From: Alphaproteobacteria bacterium
GTDB lineage: Bacteria; Pseudomonadota; Alphaproteobacteria; GCA-2731375
NCBI GenBank assembly: GCA_965232515.1
Contig: CBDDPY010000002.1
Location: forward strand, 5,088,001-5,152,000
Length of the DNA stretch: 64,000 nucleotides
Direction: 5' to 3'
Shown here: piece after piece, positions 38,984-49,515 of the stretch
How the letters are laid out: each line of letters starts with the position of its first letter
How positions within the stretch are numbered: the stretch's first letter is position 1
Program-made: the position numbers and the translations under genes
The notes under the pieces: generated by a model
Databases searched by the model: none
The model's input: the letters and a program-made list of their open reading frames with translations, nothing else
What the model was told of the DNA's origin: nothing

Positions 38984-40389
38984 TATCCGCTTACCTTTCC
39001 ATTGTTGGCCGCCATCCACGGTTGCGGATTGATTGGCTCTCCGCCGCGGCGCAACTCGACATATAGGGTTGGACGCTCGCCTTGGCTGGCGCCCATCTGT
39101 CCCACAGGCTCTCCAGCGAGGACGGACTGACCGACTGTCCCATAAATCTCTGACATTCCGGCTAGCAAAGTATGATAACTCTCGCCATGCGAGATAATCA
39201 ATAGCAGGCCATAGCCGCGAAATTCGCCGGCGAACATGATACTGCCGTCCGAGGGAGCGACGACTTGCGCGTTCGGCAGGGTTTCGACCCGGATCCCCTT
39301 CGAGGTCTGGCCGAAACCGTCCGTTGCGCCATACAACTGAACGATCTTGCCGCGCACCGGCATGGGCAGCCGGCCGCGCGATTGTGAAAACGATTGTGAA
39401 GATGGCGGCAATGCCACCGCCAGACGGGGCGTCTCGGGCGCGCTGTCCGCGGCCGGCGGCGGTGCCGGCGCCACGGGCTCGACGGGGGCGGGCTGCGCCG
39501 CGGCGGCCTGGCGTTCGGATTCCGCCATTTCGCGCCGCACCCGTTCGGCCTCCGTCGCCTGCAGCCGCCGCCGTTCTTCGGCTTCGGCCAGGCGTCGCTG
39601 ACGCTCGGCTTCGGCGGCCAGTCGCTGCCGCTCGGCCTCGAGCGCGCGCTGCCGCGCCGCGTCTGCCTCGAGCTTGCGAACCAGGGACTTCAGATCCGTT
39701 GCCGTGGCGGCGAGCTCGTTCAGGCGAGCCGCCTCGCGAATGCTCTTGCGCCGCAGGCCTTCCTGCCGGTCGGTCTTTTCCGCTAACAAGCCGACGATGT
39801 CGCGGCGTTCGGCGTCCAGCCTCTCGCGCGCGACGGCCAGGCTTTCGTGTTCCAGATTGATCTGGCGCAGAAGCGCATTGAGCGAGCCCAACTCGTCCCG
39901 GAGCTTTTCCGCCTCGGCTTCCAGGCCCGGCACGATGGCGCCCAACAGGCGCGCGCTGCGGAAGGTATCGACGGCGGTCGCCGGCGTCGCGGCCACGGCG
40001 ACGGGCGGGCGCCGGCTCAGCCGGCTCAGCGCCGCCAGCGTCGCCGCCAGGCGTTCGTGCTTGCTGGTCAGCCGTTCGCGCTGCTCGAACGCCTGCGCCC
40101 GCAACTCGCTCAGCCGGGTCTCGGCCGCGGCCACGTCGTCTTCCTTGGCCTGCACGGAGGCGGCGGCGTCGACCAGACGCTGCCGCAGCGCGGCCAGTTC
40201 GTTTTCCAGCTTCCGGGCCTGCGCCGAGAGCTGCTGCTGGCGCGCCTGGCCGCTTTCGATGGCGCGTTGGACCGCGCGCAACTCGTGGCGGGCGTCCGTG
40301 CCCTGGGCGAGCACGGCCGGCGCCGCGGCCAGGCAGCTGAGGCAGATCGCGCCGGCGAGGCGGACGGAACGGCGGTCAGGCTGTTTCAC
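38983..40389 (-). CDS. envC: Murein hydrolase activator EnvC-like (coiled coil plus degenerate M23 domain)
   Basis: Signal peptide, long coiled coil, LPMPVRG, LYVELRRGGEPINP; gpmI-envC-ctpA synteny. Confidence 0.85.
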   Translation of the reverse strand: MKQPDRRSVRLAGAICLSCLAAAPAVLAQGTDARHELRAVQRAIESGQARQQQLSAQARKLENELAALRQRLVDAAASVQAKEDDVAAAETRLSELRAQAFEQRERLTSKHERLAATLAALSRLSRRPPVAVAATPATAVDTFRSARLLGAIVPGLEAEAEKLRDELGSLNALLRQINLEHESLAVARERLDAERRDIVGLLAEKTDRQEGLRRKSIREAARLNELAATATDLKSLVRKLEADAARQRALEAERQRLAAEAERQRRLAEAEERRRLQATEAERVRREMAESERQAAAAQPAPVEPVAPAPPPAADSAPETPRLAVALPPSSQSFSQSRGRLPMPVRGKIVQLYGATDGFGQTSKGIRVETLPNAQVVAPSDGSIMFAGEFRGYGLLLIISHGESYHTLLAGMSEIYGTVGQSVLAGEPVGQMGASQGERPTLYVELRRGGEPINPQPWMAANNGKVSG

Positions 40390-41956
40390 GTCGTTCCTGC
40401 ACCTCGGATGCGACGGCCGCTTGCCGGTCGATCAGCGAATGGCCGGTCATTTCCGCCGGCTGCGGCAGTTGCAGCAAATCGAGCAGGGTCGGCGCCACAT
40501 CGGCCAGCCGGCCGTCCTTCAGCGAGATCGATGTCTGGGCATTGATCAGCAGGGCCGGGACGATGTTGGTGGTATGCGCGGTATGCGCTTGGCCGGTCGA
40601 CGGGTCCTGCATCATCTCGACGTTGCCGTGATCGGCGGTCACCAACATGGTCCCGCCGGCGGTCTCAATGGCGCCCGACAGCCGCCCCAGGCAGCTGTCG
40701 ATGGTCTCGACGGCCGCGATCGCGGCGTTCAGGTCGCCCGTATGGCCGACCATGTCGGGATTGGCGTAGTTCACCACGATCAAGTCGAAGCGGCCGCTGC
40801 CGATCGCCTCGACCAGCCGGTCCGTGACCTCCGGGGCCGACATCTCCGGCTGCAGGTCGTAGGTGGCGACCTTCGGCGACGGCACCAGGATGCGTTCCTC
40901 GCCCTCGAAGGTGCGCTCCTCGCCGCCGTTCAGAAAGAAGGTGACGTGGGCGTATTTCTCGGTCTCGGCGATGCGCAGTTGCGTCAGGCCGGCGTTGGCC
41001 ACGACCTCGCCCAGCGTGTTGCGCAGACTTTCCGGCGGGAACAGCGCCGGCAGCAGCTCGTCCAACGCCGAGGAATAGGACACCAGGCCCGCCTGTGCCG
41101 CGAACGAGACGGTTCGTGACCGTGAGAAGCCGTCGAATGCCGGATCGAGTAGCGCGGTCAGGATTTCACGGGCCCGATCGGCGCGGAAATTACCCATCAG
41201 CAGGCCGTCGCCGTCGGCCATGCCGGCATAGGCGCCGATCGCGGTCGGCAGCAGGAACTCGTCGCTGACGTCGTTGGCATAGGACGCCTCGATGGCGGCG
41301 ACGCCGGCGTCGGCCCGATCTCCCGCGGCGTCGACCAGCGTGGCGTAGGCCTGGGCGACGCGGTCCCAGCGCTTGTCGCGGTCCATGGCGTAATAGCGCC
41401 CCGACAGGGTCGCCATTTCGATATCGCCGGCGCCGTCGACGTCGCCGATGAACTGGCGGACGTAGTCAATGGCGCTGCGAGGTGGGGTGTCGCGGCCGTC
41501 AAGAAATCCGTGCACGCGTACCGGCACGCCCGCCTCGGCGACGGTTCGGGCCAGGGCCGCCAGTTGCGACTGGTGCGCGTGCACACCGCCGGGCGACAGC
41601 AGGCCCATGAGGTGGCAGGCGCCGCCGTTGGCCTTCAGCGCTGCGATCAGATCGCGCATGACTTTCCGTTCGCCCAGCGTGCCGTCGGCGACCGCCTTGT
41701 CGATTCGCGGCAGGTCTTGCAGCACCACGCGGCCAGCGCCCAGATTCTGGTGGCCGACCTCGGAATTGCCCATCTGGCCGGCGGGCAGACCGACATCGTC
41801 GGCCGATGTGCGCAAAAACGCCAGCGGCCCCTTGGCGCAAAGCCCGTCGTAGGCCGGCGTCTTCGCCAGCGCGATGGCATTGTTGTCGGTTTCCTGCCGG
41901 TATCCCCAGCCATCAAGGATGCACAAGACGATCGGACGTGGACTGCTGCTGTTCAT
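40376..41956 (-). CDS. gpmI: 2,3-bisphosphoglycerate-independent phosphoglycerate mutase
   Basis: LCILDGWG, GQMGNSEVGH, GRYYAMDRD, ETEKYAHVT, ADHGN; ATG at 41956. Confidence 0.98.
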   Translation of the reverse strand: MNSSSPRPIVLCILDGWGYRQETDNNAIALAKTPAYDGLCAKGPLAFLRTSADDVGLPAGQMGNSEVGHQNLGAGRVVLQDLPRIDKAVADGTLGERKVMRDLIAALKANGGACHLMGLLSPGGVHAHQSQLAALARTVAEAGVPVRVHGFLDGRDTPPRSAIDYVRQFIGDVDGAGDIEMATLSGRYYAMDRDKRWDRVAQAYATLVDAAGDRADAGVAAIEASYANDVSDEFLLPTAIGAYAGMADGDGLLMGNFRADRAREILTALLDPAFDGFSRSRTVSFAAQAGLVSYSSALDELLPALFPPESLRNTLGEVVANAGLTQLRIAETEKYAHVTFFLNGGEERTFEGEERILVPSPKVATYDLQPEMSAPEVTDRLVEAIGSGRFDLIVVNYANPDMVGHTGDLNAAIAAVETIDSCLGRLSGAIETAGGTMLVTADHGNVEMMQDPSTGQAHTAHTTNIVPALLINAQTSISLKDGRLADVAPTLLDLLQLPQPAEMTGHSLIDRQAAVASEVQERRETA

Positions 41957-42003
41957 TTGCAATCTATTTGGCGGAGCCGGAAAACGAACATAAACGTAAC
42001 CAC

Positions 42004-42019
42004 TTAACGCATTTTTAAC
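42004..42019. promoter_or_regulatory. CtrA-binding box
   Basis: TTAA-cgcattt-TTAAC, an exact TTAA-N7-TTAAC match about 50 bp upstream of gpmI. Confidence 0.65.
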
Positions 42020-42114
42020 AGACAAAACAGCGTGACCGGCAAACTATAGCGACGATCAGCGCCCGTCATCCGGAAATTGCCGCACCGCTCATACGACTCT
42101 GCTCATATGCGCCG

Positions 42115-42573
42115 TCAGGCCCGGTGATAGGGGTGTCCGGCGAGGATGCTGGACGCCCGATAGAGCTGCTCGGCGAGCATGGCCCGGACCAGCTGGTGCG
42201 GCCAGGTCATCGGGCCGAACGCCAGCAGCATCGCCGCCGACCGGCGAACCTCTTCGTCGAGGCCGTCGGCGCCGCCGATCAGGAAAGCAAGCGCCGGCAC
42301 GCCGTCGTCGCGCCAACGGCCGATCCGTTTCGCGAATTCCGTACTCGACAGCGCAGTGCCGCGTTCGTCCAGGGCGATTATGCAGGCACCCGCGGGCACT
42401 GCCTTCAGCAGCAGTTGCGCCTCGTCCCGGCGGCGTTCATCCGTGGCGGCGTGGCGGCGCGCCTCGACCTCGCGGGTCTCGACGGGCCAGGGCAGGCGTT
42501 TGCGATAGGCGTCGAAAATGTCCCGTTCGGGCCCGGCCCGGACCTTGCCCACGGCGATGACGTGCACCCGCAC
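42115..42573 (-). CDS. rlmH: 23S rRNA pseudouridine-1915 N3-methyltransferase
   Basis: IALDERG, FLIGGADG, TWPHQLVRAMLAEQLYRA, HPYHR. Confidence 0.96.
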   Translation of the reverse strand: MRVHVIAVGKVRAGPERDIFDAYRKRLPWPVETREVEARRHAATDERRRDEAQLLLKAVPAGACIIALDERGTALSSTEFAKRIGRWRDDGVPALAFLIGGADGLDEEVRRSAAMLLAFGPMTWPHQLVRAMLAEQLYRASSILAGHPYHRA

Positions 42574-42614
42574 CGGTCAGCGCGCCGCGATGCGTCGTTC
42601 AACGGCCAGCGCCG

Positions 42615-42950
42615 TCAAACCACGGCGTGCTCCGCCGATGGCAGGTCCACCGACCACATCTTTTCGATGTTGTAGAACGTCCGCACCTCGGGCCGGAATA
42701 CGTGAACGATGACGTCACCGGCATCGATCAGCACCCAATCGCACTGCGGGAGTCCTTCGACGCGGCTGCTGCCGTGGCCGGCGGTTTTGATCCGCCGGAC
42801 CAGGTGGTCGGCGATGGCGCCGACCTGCCGATGCGACCGGCCGCTGGCGATCACCAGGTGATCGGCGATCGAGGTCTTGCCGTCGAGATCGACGGTGACC
42901 ACGTCTTCGGCTTTGTCGTCGTCAAGGGAGCGGAGAATGAGATCCAGCAA
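42615..42950 (-). CDS. rsfS: Ribosome silencing factor (start uncertain, possibly ATA at 42989)
   Basis: LDDDKAEDV, VIASGRSHRQV, WVLIDAGDVIVHVF, FYNIEKMW. Confidence 0.93.
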   Translation of the reverse strand: MLDLILRSLDDDKAEDVVTVDLDGKTSIADHLVIASGRSHRQVGAIADHLVRRIKTAGHGSSRVEGLPQCDWVLIDAGDVIVHVFRPEVRTFYNIEKMWSVDLPSAEHAVV

Positions 42951-43133
42951 TGCGCCGACCTCGTTGGATGGCTTGGCTGCGGTGGCTATGGCCGTTTGCT
43001 CCGTCGTTGCTGCTCGTCGACAGTATCAGAGGACCCTATTGTAATACCAATGGGTATGAATTTTGTGCACATCTTTCGTGACAGGTTCATGTAAGAGATA
43101 TGCGCTCTTTGCGTGTATTTTTCAACTCACAAG

Positions 43134-43709
43134 CTAATTTTTGGCGTATCGGTTGGCGCGGATCGCCGTCGCCGATCCCGGATGGCGCCGAGCCTGGACG
43201 AAGCACCAGGCCGGCGGCGGGGCGCCGGCCAGCGCCCGCGGATCGCGGATCCGCCGGTGCCGGAACCTTGTTGCCGCTTTGCCGGTCAGGGCGGCATAGG
43301 AGTAGGACGGCCGGTCGAACACGGCAACCGGCATGCTGGTGAAGATCTCTGTCCAGCGCTGCCATTTCGGCACCTGAATGAGGTTGTCCGCGCCCATCAG
43401 CCAGACGAAACCGAGATTCGGAAATCGCTGCCGCAGCCGGACAAGCGTATCGGCGGTAAAGCGGGTGCCCAGCCGGCGTTCGATATCGGTGACCCTGATG
43501 GCGGGGTGGCGCGCCGCCGCGCGGGCGCTCGCCATGCGCTCGGCCAGCGGCGCCATGCCGGCGGTCGATTTCAGGGGGTTTTGCGGCGACACCATCCACC
43601 AGACCTGATCCAGGCCCAGTCGCTGGAGGGCCAGCAGGCTGATGTGCCGGTGGCCGTCATGCGCCGGGTTGAACGACCCGCCGAGCAGCCCGACGCGCAG
43701 CCGCGCCAT
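43134..43709 (-). CDS. nadD: Nicotinate-nucleotide adenylyltransferase
   Basis: GLLGGSFNPAHDGH, SPQNPLK, WLMGADN, SATAIR. Confidence 0.95.
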   Translation of the reverse strand: MARLRVGLLGGSFNPAHDGHRHISLLALQRLGLDQVWWMVSPQNPLKSTAGMAPLAERMASARAAARHPAIRVTDIERRLGTRFTADTLVRLRQRFPNLGFVWLMGADNLIQVPKWQRWTEIFTSMPVAVFDRPSYSYAALTGKAATRFRHRRIRDPRALAGAPPPAWCFVQARRHPGSATAIRANRYAKN

Positions 43710-43730
43710 GGAAGCGAATCCGGGTCCCGG

Positions 43731-45017
43731 TCAGGGGCGGGTCTGGCCGCTGCCGCGCACGACGTATTTGAAGCTGGTCAGCTGCTCCAAACCGACCGGC
43801 CCGCGGGCGTGCAGGCGGCCGGTCGAGATGCCGATCTCGGCGCCCATGCCGAATTCGCCGCCATCGGCGAACTGCGTCGAGGCGTTGTGCAGCAGGATCG
43901 CGCTGTCGACGCCGTTCAGGAACCGTTCGGCCGTGGCCGCGTCCTCCGTGACGATGGCTTCCGTGTGGTGCGAGCCGTGCTGCTCGATATGATCCATGGC
44001 AGCGTCGACGCCATCGACGGTGCGCACGGCAATGATCTCGTCGAGATACTCGGTGTCCCAGTCGGCCTCGCTTGCCGGCTTGACCCGGGTGTCCAGCGCT
44101 TGTGTCCTGGCGTCGCCGCGTACCTCGCAGCCGGCTCCGATCAGATCGTCGAGGATCGCCGGCAGATGGCTGTCGGCGACGGCGCTGTCGACCAGCAGCG
44201 TCTCGGCCGCGCCGCAGATGCCGGTGCGGCGCATCTTGGCGTTGAGCGTGATCTCGCGGGCCATGTTGGGATCCGCCGCGCGGTCGACATAGACATGGCA
44301 ATTGCCTTCGAGATGCGCGAAGACCGGGACGCGGCTCTCGTTCTGCACCCGCTCGATCAGCGACTTGCCGCCGCGCGGCACGATGATGTCGATGCAGTCC
44401 GTCATCGTCAGCATCATGCCAACCGCCGCCCGATCGCGCGTCGGCACCAGCTGGATCGCGGCCGGCGGCAGGCCGGCGGCCTCGAGGCCCTGAACCAGGC
44501 AGGCGTGAATGGCGCGGCTGGAGTGGAAGCTTTCCGAGCCGCCGCGCAGAATGGCCGCATTGCCGGCTTTCAGGCACAGCGCGCCGGCGTCCGCCGTCAC
44601 GTTCGGCCGGGACTCGTAGATGATGCCGATGACGCCGAGCGGGATCCGCACGCGCGCGATCCGCAGGCCGTTCGGCCGGGTCCATTCGTCGATCACGTCG
44701 CCGACCGGATCGGTCAGCGCGGCGATGTCCTCCAGCCCCTTGGCCATGGCCTCGATGCGGTCGTCGTTCAGCATCAGCCGGTCCATCAGCGCCGGCGTCA
44801 GCTTGCGCTCGCGGCCAAGCTCCATGTCCTGCGCGTTGGCGGCCTTGATGGCCGCGCGCTCGGCCCGCAGCGCCGCCGCGGCGGCGGCCAGAGCATCGTT
44901 CTTGGCGGCCGTCGTGGCCGTCGTCAGGGCCTGCTGCGCTTCGCGCGCCGCCCGGCCCAGTTGCCGCATCTCGGATTCGAGATCGATCGTCTCGTCCAGA
45001 TTTTCCGCGACGCTCAT
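43731..45017 (-). CDS. proA: Gamma-glutamyl phosphate reductase
   Basis: [38 protein letters not shown]. Confidence 0.98.
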   Translation of the reverse strand: MSVAENLDETIDLESEMRQLGRAAREAQQALTTATTAAKNDALAAAAAALRAERAAIKAANAQDMELGRERKLTPALMDRLMLNDDRIEAMAKGLEDIAALTDPVGDVIDEWTRPNGLRIARVRIPLGVIGIIYESRPNVTADAGALCLKAGNAAILRGGSESFHSSRAIHACLVQGLEAAGLPPAAIQLVPTRDRAAVGMMLTMTDCIDIIVPRGGKSLIERVQNESRVPVFAHLEGNCHVYVDRAADPNMAREITLNAKMRRTGICGAAETLLVDSAVADSHLPAILDDLIGAGCEVRGDARTQALDTRVKPASEADWDTEYLDEIIAVRTVDGVDAAMDHIEQHGSHHTEAIVTEDAATAERFLNGVDSAILLHNASTQFADGGEFGMGAEIGISTGRLHARGPVGLEQLTSFKYVVRGSGQTRP

Positions 45018-45020
45018 GTC

Positions 45021-45976
45021 TTAGGTCCCCTGCTTGACGGTGATTTTTACGTTATCACGGGCGCTGATCCGCGCGCCAGCATCGGCCGGCGCCAGGGCGG
45101 CGCTGTCGAACTGCGTCAGCCGATTGCCGCGGATCACGCGGAGCAGGTCCGCGACATAGTCGGCGCCGCGTTCGGAATAGCTGGTCAGCGTCGTCGCCAG
45201 GACGTTGCCGCCCGGCGCCTGCCCGTCCTTGCCGGCCGTCGCGCGCAGGCCGCGGAACTCGCCATAGGCGCGATGCGTGTTCAGGTTATGGGCATAGGCC
45301 GCGACCGAGGCGGCCAGGTTCGGAAACGACCGGACCCGGAAGGCCGTATCGGCATCGACATCCAACGGCGTCATGCCGGCATCGACCCGCCAGATCCGCT
45401 GACCGAACAGCGCGTTGCCCTTCATGGCGAAGCGGGACGTACCCCATCCCGACTCCACCGCCGCCTGCGCCAGCGCCAGCGACGGCGGCACCACGTTGAC
45501 GCGGCGTTTCAACATAGAGAGCGTGTCGGCCGAGGTTCCGTAGCGTCTGGCCAGCTTGTTCAGCCAGGCCTTGTCATCGTCCGAGCGGGACTGCGGCGCT
45601 TTGTCGGCGAGCGCCAGCAGGCGCCGGCGGTCGGCGGCGATGCCTTCGTTCACGGCCAGGATCAGCGGCAGCATCGCGGCGATGAACCGGCGTTTGCGCT
45701 TACGGGGGTCTTCGATCGATCGCCAGTCGTCGGGCAGGCGCCGTAGGAACAAACGCGGCACCTGGGCCTCGCCGCGGCGGATTGCCGCCAGGGTGAAGCC
45801 GTTGTCTTGCAGCCGCGCCTCCAGGCTCGCGACGCTGCGCACCGTGACGGTTTGCGTGATGCCGGCCGTCGTCGGCGTCGGTGCCGGCCAGGTCAGGCAA
45901 GCCGCCAGCAGGCCGGTCGCCATGCCGATGGCGAGACCGCCGAGCAGGCCGACGATGCCCCTGTCGCGGCGACCGC

Positions 45977-45980
<4 letters not shown>
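45021..45980 (-). CDS. Membrane-anchored glucosaminidase-domain protein (Bax-like, GH73)
   Basis: N-terminal TM; PPSLALAQAAVESGWGTSRF, GNALFG, NLNTHRAY, YSERG..Y. Confidence 0.85.
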
Positions 45981-48171
<2,191 letters not shown>

Positions 48172-48180
48172 TCAGCCACG

Positions 48181-48209
48181 AAAAAGGGGGAATGGCAACC
48201 CATTCCCCC
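48181..48209 (-). terminator. Intrinsic terminator between rpmA and obgE
   Basis: Minus strand GGGGGAATGG-gttg-CCATTCCCCC-TTTTT. Confidence 0.75.
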
Positions 48210-48237
48210 GCAATGGAAATTGCGCCTGCGGGCGCGC

Positions 48238-48495
48238 TTACGCCGGCGGCTCCACCGAGACGAAGGTGCGGCCGCCGCGCTTCTGCTCGTACTTCACCTG
48301 GCCTTCGACCAGCGCGAAGATCGTGTGGTCTTTGCCCAGGCCGACATTCTGGCCCGGCTTCCACTTGGTGCCGCGCTGGCGCACGATGATGTTGCCGGGA
48401 ACGACGCGCTCGCCGCCGTATTTCTTGATACCCAGCCGCTTGCCAATGGTATCGCGGCCGTTGCGCGAACTGCCGCCTGCCTTTTTATGCGCCAT
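48238..48495 (-). CDS. rpmA: 50S ribosomal protein L27
   Basis: [23 protein letters not shown]. Confidence 0.99.
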   Translation of the reverse strand: MAHKKAGGSSRNGRDTIGKRLGIKKYGGERVVPGNIIVRQRGTKWKPGQNVGLGKDHTIFALVEGQVKYEQKRGGRTFVSVEPPA

Positions 48496-48501
48496 GGCGG
48501 A

Positions 48502-49086
48502 TTACTCCTCTGACGTCTCGTCGTCGGCCTTCTTGGCCTTGGGTTTGGCCTTCGCCTTCGGCTTGGCCTCGTCCTTCGGCGCCGCCTCGGCCTTGGGCTT
48601 GGCGGCCGCCTTGGGTTTCGCCGCCGCCTTCGGTTTCGCTTCGGCGTCGTCGCTCTTGGCTTTCGGCTTGGCCGCCGGCTTCGCCTTCGCCTTTGGCTTG
48701 GCCTCGGCGTCCGCCGCCGGCGCCGCGTCGGCCTTCTTGGCCTTCGGCTTCGCCGCGGCCTTCTTGGCCCCGCCGGCCTCGACGATCTCGGTGATCCGCA
48801 CCACCGTCTCGTGCTGCCGGTGACCCGCGGTGCGGCGATAGCCTTTCCGGCGCTTGCGCTTGAAAACGATGATCTTGTCGGCCCGGCGCTGCTCGACGAC
48901 CTCGCCCTGGACCACGGCGCCGTCCAGCAGCGGCGCGCCGACTTTGGCGGCGCCGTCGCCGCCGACCATCAGGACCTTGTCGAAGGCGATTTTCTCGCCG
49001 CTCTCGGCCGCCAGCTTCTCGACGGCGATCACGTCGTCTTTCGCGACGCGGTATTGCTTGCCGCCGGTCTGGATGACTGCGTACAT
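48502..49086 (-). CDS. rplU: 50S ribosomal protein L21 with Lys/Ala/Pro-rich tail
   Basis: MYAVIQTGGKQY, FKRKRRKGY...GHRQ; ATG at 49086. Confidence 0.98.
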   Translation of the reverse strand: MYAVIQTGGKQYRVAKDDVIAVEKLAAESGEKIAFDKVLMVGGDGAAKVGAPLLDGAVVQGEVVEQRRADKIIVFKRKRRKGYRRTAGHRQHETVVRITEIVEAGGAKKAAAKPKAKKADAAPAADAEAKPKAKAKPAAKPKAKSDDAEAKPKAAAKPKAAAKPKAEAAPKDEAKPKAKAKPKAKKADDETSEE

Positions 49087-49161
49087 GATCGGGCCTTTTT
49101 GGACCGTTTCCACGAAATAGATCAAGGATCGGGCCCCTCCGGGCCCGGCCCAAGCTGGCGT

Positions 49162-49190
49162 GGTATACGAGCCCGGCCGGGGCCTGTCAA
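49162..49190 (-). promoter_or_regulatory. Putative sigma70 promoter of rplU-rpmA
   Basis: Minus strand TTGACA-N17-TATACC. Confidence 0.6.
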
Positions 49191-49303
49191 CGGCTTTCGG
49201 CCCCTCTGAAAGGGGTCTCCCGGACGGGGGCCGTGACGTCATGCTTGCGCCCCCGGTCCGACGCTTTTATGAAAGGCGCCCAGAGGCCGATCAGCCCATC
49301 AGC

Positions 49304-49393
49304 GGAGGGGTGCCGGAGTGGTCGAACGGGGCGGTCTCGAAAACCGTTGTACCTTTGCGGGTACCGAGGGTTCGAATCCCTCCCCCTCCGCCA
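49304..49393 (+). tRNA. tRNA-Ser(CGA)
   Basis: GGAGGGG/CCCCTCC acceptor stem, anticodon arm GCGGT-CTCGAAA-ACCGT, long variable arm, GGTTCGAATCC, encoded CCA; 90 nt. Confidence 0.97.
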
Positions 49394-49429
49394 ATTACCG
49401 CTGATCGTGCGATAACTCGATACGCCATG

Positions 49430-49486
49430 GACGACCGCTTAGCGGGACGATGCGGGCTTTCGAACAACCAATATCAATGACCGCTT
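49430..49486 (+). other. Putative recombination site, left of the Mrr-like gene
   Basis: GACGACCGCTT-N9-ATGCGGGCTTT-N15-AATGACCGCTT. Confidence 0.45.
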
Positions 49487-49515
49487 CCGATCTAGGACCA
49501 TCTCAGAGACTATCC

